Source: Sulfolobales archaeon HS-7
GTDB lineage: Archaea > Thermoproteota > Thermoprotei_A > Sulfolobales > Sulfolobaceae
DNA: 64,000 nt
Reading direction: 5' to 3'
NCBI GenBank assembly: GCA_019704295.1
Contig: AP024596.1
Span: 672,001-736,000 of the forward strand
Shown here: one piece after another, positions 44,546-55,114 of the stretch
Position numbering within the stretch: the first letter of the stretch is position 1
Layout: each line of letters starts with the position of its first letter
Notes under the pieces: model-generated
Told to the model about the DNA's origin: nothing
Databases searched by the model: none
Seen by the model: the letters and a program-made list of their open reading frames with translations, nothing else
Translations under genes and position numbers: made by a program

Positions 44546-45167
44546 TGCGAATACACTTAATAGCAAATATCGTTTCGAAATCAAAATTTTTCTCTATTTG
44601 CTTTTCAACTCTAATTTTGTTCCTACGTAATTCTGCGTATATTTTTTCCACATTTGCTAAAGAAGAATATACGAAATAATAGTAATTGGTACGGTATGAT
44701 AGGGCTTTAACGATTTCTTTTACCCCGTCAGGCCCCCCAGACCAGCTATATGATAACCATGAGTCGTATTCTTCTACAGGCAAATATGGAGGATTGAATA
44801 CTATTTTCTCAAAGTAATCTGCCCTAACTGCATACACAGTATCCGCGTTTATTATTTCTACATTTACATTATTGATCCTTGCTGAGCACTGTGTTGTTTC
44901 AGCGGCCATGGGATTTACATCAATCGCTACAACGCTAGCTCCAAGTTTGGCGAGATACACACTTATAATGCCAGTACCGCTTCCTATCTCCAAAATTCTC
45001 TCCCCCTTCTTAACATCAAGGATTTCCATTAAGGCCTGAGTGTCGTCAGATGGCTCGTATACATTATCATCGATGCAAATTTCTATATTATGGAATCTAG
45101 TAAGAGAGAAACGTCTGTTGGTGCGAATTGGTTCACTTTCATTGTAGAAACCGAATTTCGTCCGCAT
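44538..45167 (-). CDS. HemK2/PrmC-like protein methyltransferase
   Basis: VYEPSDDT, LEIGSGTG, FNPPYLP. Confidence 0.9.
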   Translation of the reverse strand: MRTKFGFYNESEPIRTNRRFSLTRFHNIEICIDDNVYEPSDDTQALMEILDVKKGERILEIGSGTGIISVYLAKLGASVVAIDVNPMAAETTQCSARINNVNVEIINADTVYAVRADYFEKIVFNPPYLPVEEYDSWLSYSWSGGPDGVKEIVKALSYRTNYYYFVYSSLANVEKIYAELRRNKIRVEKQIEKNFDFETIFAIKCIRSD

Positions 45168-45733
45168 AAAAGAGAGGCCCTCTTTAACGATTTATTTCTA
45201 TATTTTGAGATACACCCTATTAAATTATCCACTTGCTTATCATATTTTCTTGTTCTCTCTAACAATACTAATTCGCTATAAACTTTAGGTTCAGGCCTGA
45301 ATGATGAAGGAGGAATTTTCTTAATGGAACTAATTTTAAAGAAATAGTTACTGAGAAAAGAAATATACGTAGGATATTCCTGTAACTTTACTATAAAATC
45401 ACTTTGAATAATAAGTAATAATGAGTATATATCATTTATCTTAATAATTTCTGAAAAAAAATCCGATGTTATGTGATAAGGCAATGAAGATATTACACTG
45501 CCTCTGATAAAAGGGATATGCCTGGCGTCGCTAACACTAACGTTAAATTTTCCTCTTAATGGTTTAACTAATTCCTCGTCGATTTCAATAGTTAGATCAG
45601 GATTTATAACCTCAGTAATAGCCCCCTTACCAGTTCCTACTTCAATTACAGGTTTTCTAAGGGTCATCGCGATATCGCGAATTAAATACACTATTTTTTT
45701 ATCAACGAGGAAGTTTTGAGAAAGTCTTGCCAT
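45083..45733 (-). CDS. ksgA: 16S rRNA dimethyladenosine transferase KsgA/Dim1
   Basis: LSQNFL, EVGTGKG, SLPYHI, FRPEPKVYS. Confidence 0.93.
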   Translation of the reverse strand: MARLSQNFLVDKKIVYLIRDIAMTLRKPVIEVGTGKGAITEVINPDLTIEIDEELVKPLRGKFNVSVSDARHIPFIRGSVISSLPYHITSDFFSEIIKINDIYSLLLIIQSDFIVKLQEYPTYISFLSNYFFKISSIKKIPPSSFRPEPKVYSELVLLERTRKYDKQVDNLIGCISKYRNKSLKRASLLCGRNSVSTMKVNQFAPTDVSLLLDSII

Positions 45734-45744
45734 TTATGGTTCCT

Positions 45745-46422
45745 TTATTTTTCATGTCTACTTTTTAGCTTCTGGAAATAGTTTATGAATGTGGTTTTTT
45801 CTCTCACTGGTTTAACGAATAGGAAATACCTCTCATCACTAAGACCTTGAGGCGAAGCAGCTTTTATTTCATATATTATTCTTTCAACTATTATGTTTTT
45901 GATGTCTTTCAATTTGGTTCTTTCCTCAATTTCCTTCAAACTCGTAAATTTACCCCTTTTCCTTTCATCTAATATAGTTTTTAATGATTTCTTTCCGATT
46001 GATGGTAATAATTCTAGGGAATGTAGTTTTAGCGTAAGGGATTCTGCCTGATTAAAAAACTCTACAAAGACATGTTCATTTTCATCCACCACTTTATTTA
46101 GAACTCTGACAAGCGAGTCCTTTGCGAGACTAGTTAGTTCATCATAAAATATTTGATCGACTCTGATAATTGAATTAGAGATAGGATACTCAGAGAGGGA
46201 GATCTTTTCTTCAGTTTGTATATTATCTAAAGGATGGATAAGTATTATTTCAAAAAGTCCGAAATAGTTCTCCCCTAATGCTTGAATTGTAGGTCTATTC
46301 TTCTCAGTCATTAGACCTTCTGGCATATAGTCAAGAACATAGAATGAGCTCTCGTCTATTTTTGTATCCCTTTTATCCCTATCAAACCTGCCATGAGCAT
46401 CTCTTCTCTGCAACGACCTCAC
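45745..46422 (-). CDS. DUF655 OB-fold/HhH nucleic-acid-binding protein
   Basis: VLDY, FFNQAESLTLKLHSLELLPSIGKK; rpl21e-rpo4-DUF655-ksgA context. Confidence 0.9.
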   Translation of the reverse strand: MRSLQRRDAHGRFDRDKRDTKIDESSFYVLDYMPEGLMTEKNRPTIQALGENYFGLFEIILIHPLDNIQTEEKISLSEYPISNSIIRVDQIFYDELTSLAKDSLVRVLNKVVDENEHVFVEFFNQAESLTLKLHSLELLPSIGKKSLKTILDERKRGKFTSLKEIEERTKLKDIKNIIVERIIYEIKAASPQGLSDERYFLFVKPVREKTTFINYFQKLKSRHEK

Positions 46423-46457
46423 TTAAGTAAAATATTATAAAAGATAAAATAATAATC

Positions 46458-46793
46458 TCAACGTTCGAGTTGAGATTTTATCAATTCTAATATTTTATTT
46501 AAATCGTCAGTACTGTATGTTTTCTCTTCAAGAAAAAGGGTGCTTCTCAATTCGTCTAATGTGGAAGGACATATGCTAGCTATTATTGCAGCGGTTTCCT
46601 CCTTAAGTCCCGTTTTTATTATTTCAGCTCTCAAGTGCGATGCTTTTTCGACAGTGCACTTCTCTACAGCCGATAAGTATTCGATAGTTCTTTCTATAGT
46701 TGCTGACAACTCGTTGTCCTTATTTTTTCCTTCTAGTATTCGTTTAGCTTCAGAATAAGAAACGTATTCGCTTTTCTCTATCTTAATTTCCAT
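46458..46793 (-). CDS. rpo4: RNA polymerase subunit Rpo4 (F)
   Basis: YSEAKRIL, RTIEYL, IASICPSTLDELR. Confidence 0.93.
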   Translation of the reverse strand: MEIKIEKSEYVSYSEAKRILEGKNKDNELSATIERTIEYLSAVEKCTVEKASHLRAEIIKTGLKEETAAIIASICPSTLDELRSTLFLEEKTYSTDDLNKILELIKSQLER

Positions 46794-47097
46794 ATGTCTG
46801 TCCTCTCAAAGGTTTCAAATGTTCTGGTCGTGTAAAGAGTGTTCTAAAAGAGTTTCCATCACTCACCCTGATTATATAACACCTTCCCCTTCTGCCTACA
46901 ATTTCCCCTGTTCTACCTTGGAACCTTCTGTGTGGCATTCCCTTATGTATGGCACTGTTTATATCAATAGCTACTCTTTCTCCCTCCTTATACTCATACA
47001 TTAACCTGCTTAATGAAGGCACGCCCCCCTTTTCTCTTACTGATTTCTTAAAAACGTTTCTGCTTTTTTGCCTATTGCCTTTTGACGCTTTTACCAT
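46783..47097 (-). CDS. rpl21e: 50S ribosomal protein L21e
   Basis: HKGMPHRRFQGRTG, RPEHL. Confidence 0.97.
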   Translation of the reverse strand: MVKASKGNRQKSRNVFKKSVREKGGVPSLSRLMYEYKEGERVAIDINSAIHKGMPHRRFQGRTGEIVGRRGRCYIIRVSDGNSFRTLFTRPEHLKPLRGQTYGN

Positions 47098-47526
47098 TAC
47101 TGCCCAAAGATGATGTTCCTTATTTACAAAAAAGATTAACCCTTACCTACCTTTCCAGGATTTCCTCAAAGCGAGTTTGTATGTATAGGAACCTGGTGAT
47201 TAGGAATAATTCCTTCCAGAGTTATAACTAACCTATTAGAGACTGAGCATGTAGAACACCTACGTGAACTGCTTTGCACTTCCTTCTACCCATTTTATGT
47301 TCATTTATAATCTGTGTTTATCCCTTAACTACAGGCTCGCCTCAACTATAGACTAGTTATAGGAATTCTTCCGGCCAAATAACTTATACCACGTTAGCAT
47401 CTTTATCGCTTTTCTGGAAGAACAACTTGTAAGAAAGATCACCTATTGCTAAAATTACTAAAATAAATATAAAAATATTTCTATTACGGAGAAGAAGATT
47501 CGATCCAAGATATCCGAAAATGCCTC

Positions 47527-47605
<79 letters not shown>

Positions 47606-47805
47606 TTTAGCATTACTAAAATAGGTTAGTCCTTTTTACGGTTTTTGACTGTCTTAGAATTAGTTTAGGATTTAAAGATGCTTTATATTCTTTGAATAAT
47701 TTAGTTATTAATAATAAATCGCTAATATCTGTTCCTCTTAACATAATAACTCACTGATATTTTTAATAAGACTGTTTTCGTTAATAATCTTAGGGATTCA
47801 CCTTA

Positions 47806-48312
47806 ATCAAGATATGGATAAAGGAGTATGGTGAAGACGATCCAAAGAAATGTACGGGAAAGAAAATGATAAGATTAAATTATGCAAATCCTACCAGATC
47901 CTTCAAAGGAATAATATTAAATCCTTTTTCGAGGAAAATATTATCACTTAATGACTCTGATATTGTATCGAAACAGGGCATAACGATTATAGACTCCTCA
48001 TGGAATAAATCCGACATAACTTTTTTTAAGAAATTTATGAGAAATTCTAGAAGGTTACCCTTTCTTTTAGCAGCAAACCCTGTAAATTACGGAAAAGGAT
48101 TTAAGTTGAGCTCGTTAGAAGCCGCTGTTGCATCGTCTTATATATTAGGTGATACAGAGTTAGCAATAAAACTCGCTAATACAATAAAATGGGGTCATAC
48201 TTTCATAGAACTCAATAGAGAACTCCTCGATTGTTACTATAAGAAGACTGAAAGTGAAATAGAGAAATGCGAGAGAGACTTTCTAAATGAGAAATTTGAC
48301 CTTGGGACATAA
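47806..48312 (+). CDS. tsr3: 16S rRNA aminocarboxypropyltransferase Tsr3; apparent ATC start
   Basis: DSSW, RRLPFLLAANPVNYG, LSSLEA, KWGHTF; conserved DDPKKCTGKK lies upstream of the track ATG at 47866. Confidence 0.92.
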   Translation: MKIWIKEYGEDDPKKCTGKKMIRLNYANPTRSFKGIILNPFSRKILSLNDSDIVSKQGITIIDSSWNKSDITFFKKFMRNSRRLPFLLAANPVNYGKGFKLSSLEAAVASSYILGDTELAIKLANTIKWGHTFIELNRELLDCYYKKTESEIEKCERDFLNEKFDLGT

Positions 48313-48876
48313 GTGAACTATAGTCTTGAGCAGCAGATCAAAACTCATCATATCGTAATTAATATAAAAGCATCAGTATTGGCAATAATAATTCTGATAT
48401 TGATAAGAGCGTCAGTATTTACAGTAAGTTTTCATGTTATCCTTTACGGTTTAATGTTCATTAAGGAACGTTCAACTGCGGAGTTGCCAATGGATGAAAT
48501 AAGGACTTAGTTATCAAATGTCTCCGCAAACTTCTCCTCTATAATCCAAGGTAAACCCAAGGAGTATTGAGAAACGTCCTAAGGGGCACAGCAAGTTATC
48601 AAAAGAAGAGGAATTCTGGGTTCATCATTAGGAGCAAAGACTCAACTCGCATCACCTATATATTGGATCCCTCCTACTGTATCCTCCTAACAGATCGAGA
48701 TTCCTCTAAATGTTCATTCCCAAGGTAAGTAACTCATTGTTCTTGAATTGCTTAACCGAATCTAATGAGGACTAATCGTTTGATTTATCCATTTTTCAAA
48801 TTCGTTATATACTTAAAATCAATTTCCTTGATATACAAAGAATTTCAGCTTGGATTGTAAGGACATAGGTTTATAG

Positions 48877-49167
48877 GTGAACTATCCTGCGGACGGAGCT
48901 TCCTGCTTCTCCACCTTACTAATGGCAGAGGACTCCACAGGTACAAAGGGTTGATTCCTAACCTGAATTGATCTTCATATTCAGAGTATTCCATACAAGA
49001 TCGTTGATTGGAGCAAAGCCGTACTGGATCAAACCCTCGCCTAGGTTTCTCTGTCACTTAATAGGTGGCTATCGTTAATAGTCTTCCAAGAACTCATATT
49101 TGAGTATATAGCGGCCATCCTTACTGTTCTTCCACCCCCTCAATCTATATAGAACGCGGCCATCAAG
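48877..49167 (-). mobile_element. Diverged full-length copy of MITE family A
   Basis: CTTAT|CTTGATGG…GGGGGTGGAAGAACAGTAAGGATGG left end; …GAAGCAGGAAGCTCCGTCCGCAGGATAGTTCAC right end. Confidence 0.75.
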
Positions 49168-49468
49168 ATAAGTTATTTTCATCCGTTGACATGTTAATCG
49201 TCTAAATAGATTACGCGGAGGTCTCCCTCGCATTCTTGGTAAGTTCCTTTGCTATTCCCGAAGCTGGTAGTTGCTACTGCTATAAGATATTAACTACTTT
49301 CATTACGTCTTTTAGGATTTCTGCCTGATCGAAGTTAATCACTTATGCATCAGACCTGCCATTTACTCTACATTATACTACTATTAACTATATTAACTAG
49401 AGACGAGGGCAGATCATCCCTTAGGTTTCTCATATTATCCTAGGGAGGAAAACCTCTCTATCTTATTT

Positions 49469-50887
49469 TCAGGAAATTTCTCTCAGTTTGCTTTGTATCA
49501 ATTCGTACACCTGTTTTGGATTAGCTCTCTTCTTAACTTCCTTCATAACCATTCCCACTAAGAAGTCGACGACTTTTGGGTCTTGTTTTGCCTTCCGTAC
49601 GACTTCTATATTTTTAGATATAACTGAATTGATCACATTCTCTAATGCAGTCACGTCCGTAATTATAAGCAAGTTATTCTGAATAACATATTGTTCTGGA
49701 TCAATACCATCAATTATTTTAGGTATAAGATCCTTCATCGTCTTTACACTGATCGAACCGTTATCTTCCATTGCCAAGACTTTAATGAGGTGTTCAGTTG
49801 ATAATTTGCTATTCTTTAATTCAATTTCTCTCTCGTTAAGTCTTCTTTGGACTTCATTTATGATAACGTTAGCTAATCGCTTATATTGCTTATATTCCTT
49901 AGCTGCTTCTTCAAAGAAATCAGCCAGTTGTTTCTGATATACCAGAACTTGAGCCTGGTATTCGTCTAATCCATATTGCTTTATTAATCTATCAATTCTA
50001 CTCTCTGGCAATTCTGGCATGGATTTGATTATTTTATCTATAGTCTCGTGTGGGATATAATAAGGAGGCAGATCTGGATCTGGAAAATATCTGTAATCCT
50101 CCTCGGTTTCTTTGCTCCTTAAAGGTACAGTTACTTTTCTAATCGAATCCCAGTGTCTCGTCTCTCTTCTTATCTTTACTCCACTTCTTAAAGCAGCGTT
50201 TTGACGCGCTATCTCATAGGCTATAGCCGCCTCTGCGTCTTTTGGGGACCCAACGTTCTTAACTTCCACCCTTTCTCCACCTTCAACAGAAACATTACAA
50301 TCTGCTCTCATTGCACCTTCTAGTTCGAAATTAGTTACATCCAAGTGTTCTAAGATACTTCGTAATACTTCCATAAATTGCCTAGCCTCCTTAGGATTTT
50401 CTAAATCTGGTTCGGTTACAATTTCCAATAGACCTATACCAGACCTATTATAATCGAGAAGGGTATATTTACTTGTTAAAATGGAACCTGTTGGATAAAT
50501 TGATTTTGCGGGATCCTCTTCAATGTTTATTCTTCGTATTCTAATCTTCTTTCCGTTAATTTCAATCCATCCATTGTACGCAATAGCTGTACTTCCAGGT
50601 CCGTCATACTGTGTAATTTGATAGTTTTTTGACATATCAGGATAAAAATAATGTTTTCTAGAGAAGGAAAGAATATGAGAAATTTCCATGTGGAGGGCTG
50701 TGGCCACCATTACAGCCATTGTTAATGCCCTTTCGTTTACCACGGGCAATGCCCCGGGCAAGCCTAAGCACACAGGACATACATTAGTATTTGGCTCTTT
50801 ATCTTCATAATTTGAAGAACAAGAACAAAACAGTTTAGTATTGAGTGTATTTAAGTGGACGTGAACCTCTAAACCGATCTTTACCAT
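49469..50887 (-). CDS. gatB: Asp/Glu-tRNA amidotransferase subunit B
   Basis: IGLEVH, RKHYFYPD, DYNRSG, DYRYFPDPDL. Confidence 0.97.
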   Translation of the reverse strand: MVKIGLEVHVHLNTLNTKLFCSCSSNYEDKEPNTNVCPVCLGLPGALPVVNERALTMAVMVATALHMEISHILSFSRKHYFYPDMSKNYQITQYDGPGSTAIAYNGWIEINGKKIRIRRINIEEDPAKSIYPTGSILTSKYTLLDYNRSGIGLLEIVTEPDLENPKEARQFMEVLRSILEHLDVTNFELEGAMRADCNVSVEGGERVEVKNVGSPKDAEAAIAYEIARQNAALRSGVKIRRETRHWDSIRKVTVPLRSKETEEDYRYFPDPDLPPYYIPHETIDKIIKSMPELPESRIDRLIKQYGLDEYQAQVLVYQKQLADFFEEAAKEYKQYKRLANVIINEVQRRLNEREIELKNSKLSTEHLIKVLAMEDNGSISVKTMKDLIPKIIDGIDPEQYVIQNNLLIITDVTALENVINSVISKNIEVVRKAKQDPKVVDFLVGMVMKEVKKRANPKQVYELIQSKLREIS

Positions 50888-51218
50888 TTTGATTAGCTTA
50901 TCAATCCGGATTATTTAACCTGATCCACATGCTTCGGATTTCTATACTTTTAGGTAAAATGTATTCTTCCTCACAGAGACTTCTGGCATGACACCTTACT
51001 TAGGATGAGGAGATTCTTAATTAATTCCTAAGAACTAACCGAAGATTGTCTATTCTAGCAAGATCGTTATAATAAGTGTTCAATATTAGTTGCATAAAAT
51101 TCAGGAAAGAATGATATAGCTATAGCTAAGGTTTAACGAATCCATGTGAAATATTTTCATTTATGGGCATGACAGCATCACTTAACTATGTCCTACTTCT
51201 TAAGATAACATTAATCAA

Positions 51219-51390
51219 CTCGTGATAACGTCTAGTGGCTAATTAACGCGAAATAACTAGATAAAGTAAAAATTATAAAATATGTGAAGTGAGGATTAAA
51301 TTCGATTAATTATATGTTAGCTAACGATATGAAACCAGTCTATTAGCTGTAGCAACATTTACAATGTTAAGAATTTGCAAGGACATAAAT
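51219..51390 (+). repeat. Dispersed AT-rich repeat family B, copy 3
   Basis: CTCGT…CGTCTAG…ATAAAGTAAAAATTATAAAATA…GGATTAAATTCGATTAATTAT…TAACGATATGAAACCAGTCTAT. Confidence 0.75.
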
Positions 51391-51450
51391 AGTTTGATTG
51401 AGATCTCTTTGCTAAAGCTATTTAAATCTTAAGATTATTTTTTTCTATAA

Positions 51451-52239
51451 ATGTCTGATGCGATAGATAAGAAAATACTCTTTCATCTACTCAGGGACGG
51501 CAGGGCTTCTCAGAGAGCAATAGCGGTTAAATTGGCGTTAGCTCCTCCTGTAATAAACTATAGATATACTAAACTTAGAGAAAATAATATAATAAAAGGA
51601 TTTTCATTGAAAATAAATCCTAACATACAAGGTAAGTATTATGGTTATATTGCCCTAAAAAATTCTATTGAGTTTGTCGATAATTACGCTTTCTCAGTTA
51701 AGTGTTTGGAAGAAACTAACGTATACGAGATTATTGCAGACTCCTTAGATGATCTGAAAGTAAAAATCAGTTCAGTGACGGAAAAATTTGGGGAGCCCAT
51801 AATGACGTACATTCCCAGACAGGAACTACGACATTTATCAAAATTCGACACGGAAATTATATATATATTAAAAGAACAACCAAGAATACAGGTTTCAGAA
51901 ATTGCAGAGAAAATGAAGGTTTCTACTAAAACAGTAAAGAGGCACTTAAACTATTTGGAATCGGAGGGAATGATTAGAGTTTTACCAATTATCGATCTAA
52001 CTCGTGCTGGATTAATAGTGTTTGCTCTATTCACCAGGAGAAACGAAAAAATACGGGAGGTATTGGATAGGTGGATGTTTGTCAACATAGCGGACGACAA
52101 TTATGAAATAGTGGTGTGTGCTACCGAGAACATGAATAGTGCGAGTAGGCTTATAAAAGAGGCTAAAAACATAGATAACTCGTCTCAAGTAATGATAGTA
52201 GAAGAGTATGAGGTAAAATCGTTACCTGAAAAGATATAA
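51451..52239 (+). CDS. Tandem Lrp/AsnC-type wHTH transcriptional regulator
   Basis: Two wHTH units (DKKILFHLLRDGR…; DTEIIYILKEQPR…VSTKTVKRHL). Confidence 0.88.
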   Translation: MSDAIDKKILFHLLRDGRASQRAIAVKLALAPPVINYRYTKLRENNIIKGFSLKINPNIQGKYYGYIALKNSIEFVDNYAFSVKCLEETNVYEIIADSLDDLKVKISSVTEKFGEPIMTYIPRQELRHLSKFDTEIIYILKEQPRIQVSEIAEKMKVSTKTVKRHLNYLESEGMIRVLPIIDLTRAGLIVFALFTRRNEKIREVLDRWMFVNIADDNYEIVVCATENMNSASRLIKEAKNIDNSSQVMIVEEYEVKSLPEKI

Positions 52240-52466
52240 AATAAAATTATTATTACGAAGATATTTTATATTCAATAAAGTTAAGCGGATCACATCCCCT
52301 TTCCAGATTCGCTTTGTTTTAAGAATTGTAACAAATTCGGTTCAGTACTTTCACCTAACTAGTGGGGGATTTACGCTCAATAATTTACTTCATTTCATCC
52401 GTCCTCCTGACAAATTATAATTGGCAAAAGAACCCTGAATCGGCAGTATAATTATACTTAATACTA

Positions 52467-52922
52467 TTATATCTCCCCCTTCAAGATAAGTCTCGCTTTC
52501 TTAATTGTTCCTGTGGTTCTCCGTGGTATTAATATTACGCTCTGATTATTTATTTGCCTAACTCTCTGCATAGCCACAATCACAGACGCATGAAATTCCC
52601 TCTTACTTAAGACTATACCTCCCCAGATCTTATCATCGAGAAAAACAACTTTGGGATCGGCAAGGCTTAATCCTATTTCACCAACTATTTCCTTTAGCGA
52701 ATTCCTTATAGCTTTTTCAAGTTCGTCTTTTGATGGAAACCTTTGCGACTCGATAAGAAATACAATATATCGTTTCTTCCTGTATCTTGTAGTTTTCCAC
52801 CGCCTGTTCCCTACCCTTTTAACTGTATTATATTTATATTTAATCATTAATAATATAGTAAGTATAGATAGCCAGCCTGTCTCCACTATCAATAACGGAA
52901 GAACTAACTCCATAGATAGCAT
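52467..52922 (-). CDS. rnp2: RNase P protein Pop5 (Rnp2)
   Basis: KKRYIVF, GEIG, TTGTIKKA; hydrophobic N-terminus. Confidence 0.88.
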   Translation of the reverse strand: MLSMELVLPLLIVETGWLSILTILLMIKYKYNTVKRVGNRRWKTTRYRKKRYIVFLIESQRFPSKDELEKAIRNSLKEIVGEIGLSLADPKVVFLDDKIWGGIVLSKREFHASVIVAMQRVRQINNQSVILIPRRTTGTIKKARLILKGEI

Positions 52923-52950
52923 TAAAAACTACGCGCTTGTTTATAACTAT

Positions 52951-53006
52951 TAAGTGATGATGCCATCCCAGACTGAGTATATGATGTGCTCGCGACGAAC
53001 TGAATA
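52951..53006 (+). ncRNA. Box C/D guide sRNA
   Basis: C GTGATGA 52954-60, D' CTGA 52973-76, C' ATGATGT 52981-87, D CTGA 53000-03, two 12-nt guides. Confidence 0.85.
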
Positions 53007-53017
53007 TACAGGAGGGA

Positions 53018-53737
53018 GTGAAAACGCTTTCAGTGAACAATAAGGAGTCTGAATTAAGACTTAGAATAATGATCCTAGACGTGCTTAAAGACCTTAAAAA
53101 AACGATGACGTATAAGGAAATGTCTGGACTGTTAAATATTCAGGACACATTGCTTTGCAGGTATGTTAACGGAAATACGATACCAAGCGAGGCGCAATGT
53201 AGAGATATATTGAATAAACTAGAAAGGAATAGTATATTAAGGGAAGTTTTAAGGAGCCAAATAAAGATGTATGGGGATGGATTTGTAGATACAAGTAGAG
53301 TGCTTCAGTATCCGTCATTACTTAGACTAGTAATTGAGATTTTCATCAGAAGGAATATAACATATAGTATAGACAGGATTGTTACACCTGCAGTAAATGG
53401 CATTCCATTTGCCACCATAGTATCACAAATTCTTAATAAACCTCTTGTAATTGCGAAAAAATATAAGGACTCCATATACTTTGAGTATTACGAAGAAAGT
53501 ATAAGGGAAAGTAGCGCACAGGTATCCAATCTTTACATAAGAAAAGACCTGATAAACAGGGGAGATAAGATACTTATTGTAGATGACGTTATAAGAAGCG
53601 GAAGAACGGTGGATCACTTAGTAAGGCTTCTGATAAGATCTGGAGGAATGCCTAAGTTAGTAATTGCGGTTGTAGGGAATACGACTAGAAGAGCTACATA
53701 CAACGGAGTTGAAATTAAAACGATAATAAACGTCTAA
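53018..53737 (+). CDS. HTH plus phosphoribosyltransferase-domain protein (PurR-like)
   Basis: N-terminal TYKEMS…LCRYVNG HTH; LIVDDVIRSGRT PRPP-binding motif. Confidence 0.88.
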   Translation: MKTLSVNNKESELRLRIMILDVLKDLKKTMTYKEMSGLLNIQDTLLCRYVNGNTIPSEAQCRDILNKLERNSILREVLRSQIKMYGDGFVDTSRVLQYPSLLRLVIEIFIRRNITYSIDRIVTPAVNGIPFATIVSQILNKPLVIAKKYKDSIYFEYYEESIRESSAQVSNLYIRKDLINRGDKILIVDDVIRSGRTVDHLVRLLIRSGGMPKLVIAVVGNTTRRATYNGVEIKTIINV

Positions 53738-53778
53738 AGTTAGAGGGAGACGCTTCCAACATGAAAAGGTGAAAGTAA

Positions 53779-54279
53779 GTGAGAATATACGATAGGGTCT
53801 ATATAATAGAGGGAGAGAGTTTTGGGGGAGGTACATATAATTCGTATCTATTCAATGAAGGCTATTGGTTTCTTGTCAATGGAGGCCTGATAACAAGTAC
53901 AAATCTCATGATCAATAATATCTTAGAAATTACTAAAGGACATCCATTAAGGTATATTATAATAACCTCTTGTATCAGAGAACTAGCGGAAAACGTTAAG
54001 GAATTATATATGGTATTTAACCCTGATATTATCGCTGGATATCCAGATTCGGTAAGGCTAAGGAGGGGTGAGTGTGGAAACTCTCCAGTAGAAATAGCAA
54101 TAGAAGTTAGGAACGAGATACGAATAGGGAAGATACGAATAGTAAGAAGTAAATCTCCTACCTCAGGATCAATAATAATTGAAAGTGAAGGCGGGATTTT
54201 CTCAGGTTTAACCAAAGTATCACCGCTTTACCAAAAGAGTTATTTGTTCTCGTCCACAGAATATATACGATATGGATAA
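53779..54279 (+). CDS. Metallo-beta-lactamase-fold-like protein lacking canonical metal ligands
   Basis: NSYL, LVNGG, YIIITSC and SPTSGS occupy the places of DxG, THxHxDH and GHTxGS. Confidence 0.6.
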   Translation: MRIYDRVYIIEGESFGGGTYNSYLFNEGYWFLVNGGLITSTNLMINNILEITKGHPLRYIIITSCIRELAENVKELYMVFNPDIIAGYPDSVRLRRGECGNSPVEIAIEVRNEIRIGKIRIVRSKSPTSGSIIIESEGGIFSGLTKVSPLYQKSYLFSSTEYIRYG

Positions 54280-54488
54280 TGTTAGCCTTCGATGATATGT
54301 GTGACAGTTGTGGGAAATACACATTAGTAAAGCTATGCGATGTTAAGAAAATTAATGTCTGCACGCTCTGTTGCTTGTCTTGTTCTTATAGAAATAAGTG
54401 TAACTCAATAGTATGGTTTAGATCATTAAGAGAGAACATTATTCCAAGAAAGCAAGAAATAACCCTAGACAGGTTTATAAAGGAATGA
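54279..54488 (+). CDS. Small Cys-rich putative zinc-binding protein
   Basis: CDSC…C…CTLCCLSC…C; coupled to both neighbours. Confidence 0.7.
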   Translation: MLAFDDMCDSCGKYTLVKLCDVKKINVCTLCCLSCSYRNKCNSIVWFRSLRENIIPRKQEITLDRFIKE

Positions 54489-55114
54489 GACCATACGTTA
54501 TAATTTTCTCAACGATCACGCTTGATGGCCGCCTTGCTTCTAAGACTGGGTTTAGTGAACTTAGTTGCAAATGGGATAAAATGAGACAAAATAAACTGAG
54601 GGCTGAGGTAGATGCTATAGTAATAGGTGCAAATACTGTGAGGATAGATAATCCCTCACTAAAAGTAAAATGGTTTACCAACAACTCCCCCATCAGAGTG
54701 ATTGTATCGAGTAGCTTAAAACTAGACCCGAGCTTAAGGATATTTCAAATTCCCCCTAAGACAGTAGTGTACACCTCTATATCTCATGATACATCTGCTG
54801 AGAAAGAACTATCAGAGAGAGGCGTCGACGTAATAGTGATGGACGGAGTATGCAATATTATTACAGATCTATATGAAAGGTATGGGGTTAGAAGGGTTAT
54901 GATAGAAGGAGGAGGGAGATTGAACTGGAGTGTTATAAAGGAAGGTTGCGTTGACGAAATCCGTGTTACGATCAGTAATAAAATCTTTGGAAGAGGGGTG
55001 AGCTTTGCGGAGGGAGAGGGATTCGAGCGAGATGAATTTAATCGTTTCGAAATAGCTTCGTTCAAAAAGTGTGAGTGTGAAAAAGAAATTCATTTGATTT
55101 TTAAAAAAACTTAG
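54485..55114 (+). CDS. 2,5-diamino-6-ribosylamino-4(3H)-pyrimidinone 5'-phosphate reductase (RibD C-terminal / Rib7 type)
   Basis: [30 protein letters not shown]. Confidence 0.9.
   Translation: MRPYVIIFSTITLDGRLASKTGFSELSCKWDKMRQNKLRAEVDAIVIGANTVRIDNPSLKVKWFTNNSPIRVIVSSSLKLDPSLRIFQIPPKTVVYTSISHDTSAEKELSERGVDVIVMDGVCNIITDLYERYGVRRVMIEGGGRLNWSVIKEGCVDEIRVTISNKIFGRGVSFAEGEGFERDEFNRFEIASFKKCECEKEIHLIFKKT

Noticed and set aside
49318-49375. Possible C/D sRNA on the minus strand
   Set aside because: C and D boxes are both degenerate (ATGTAGA, CAGA) and no target was recognised.
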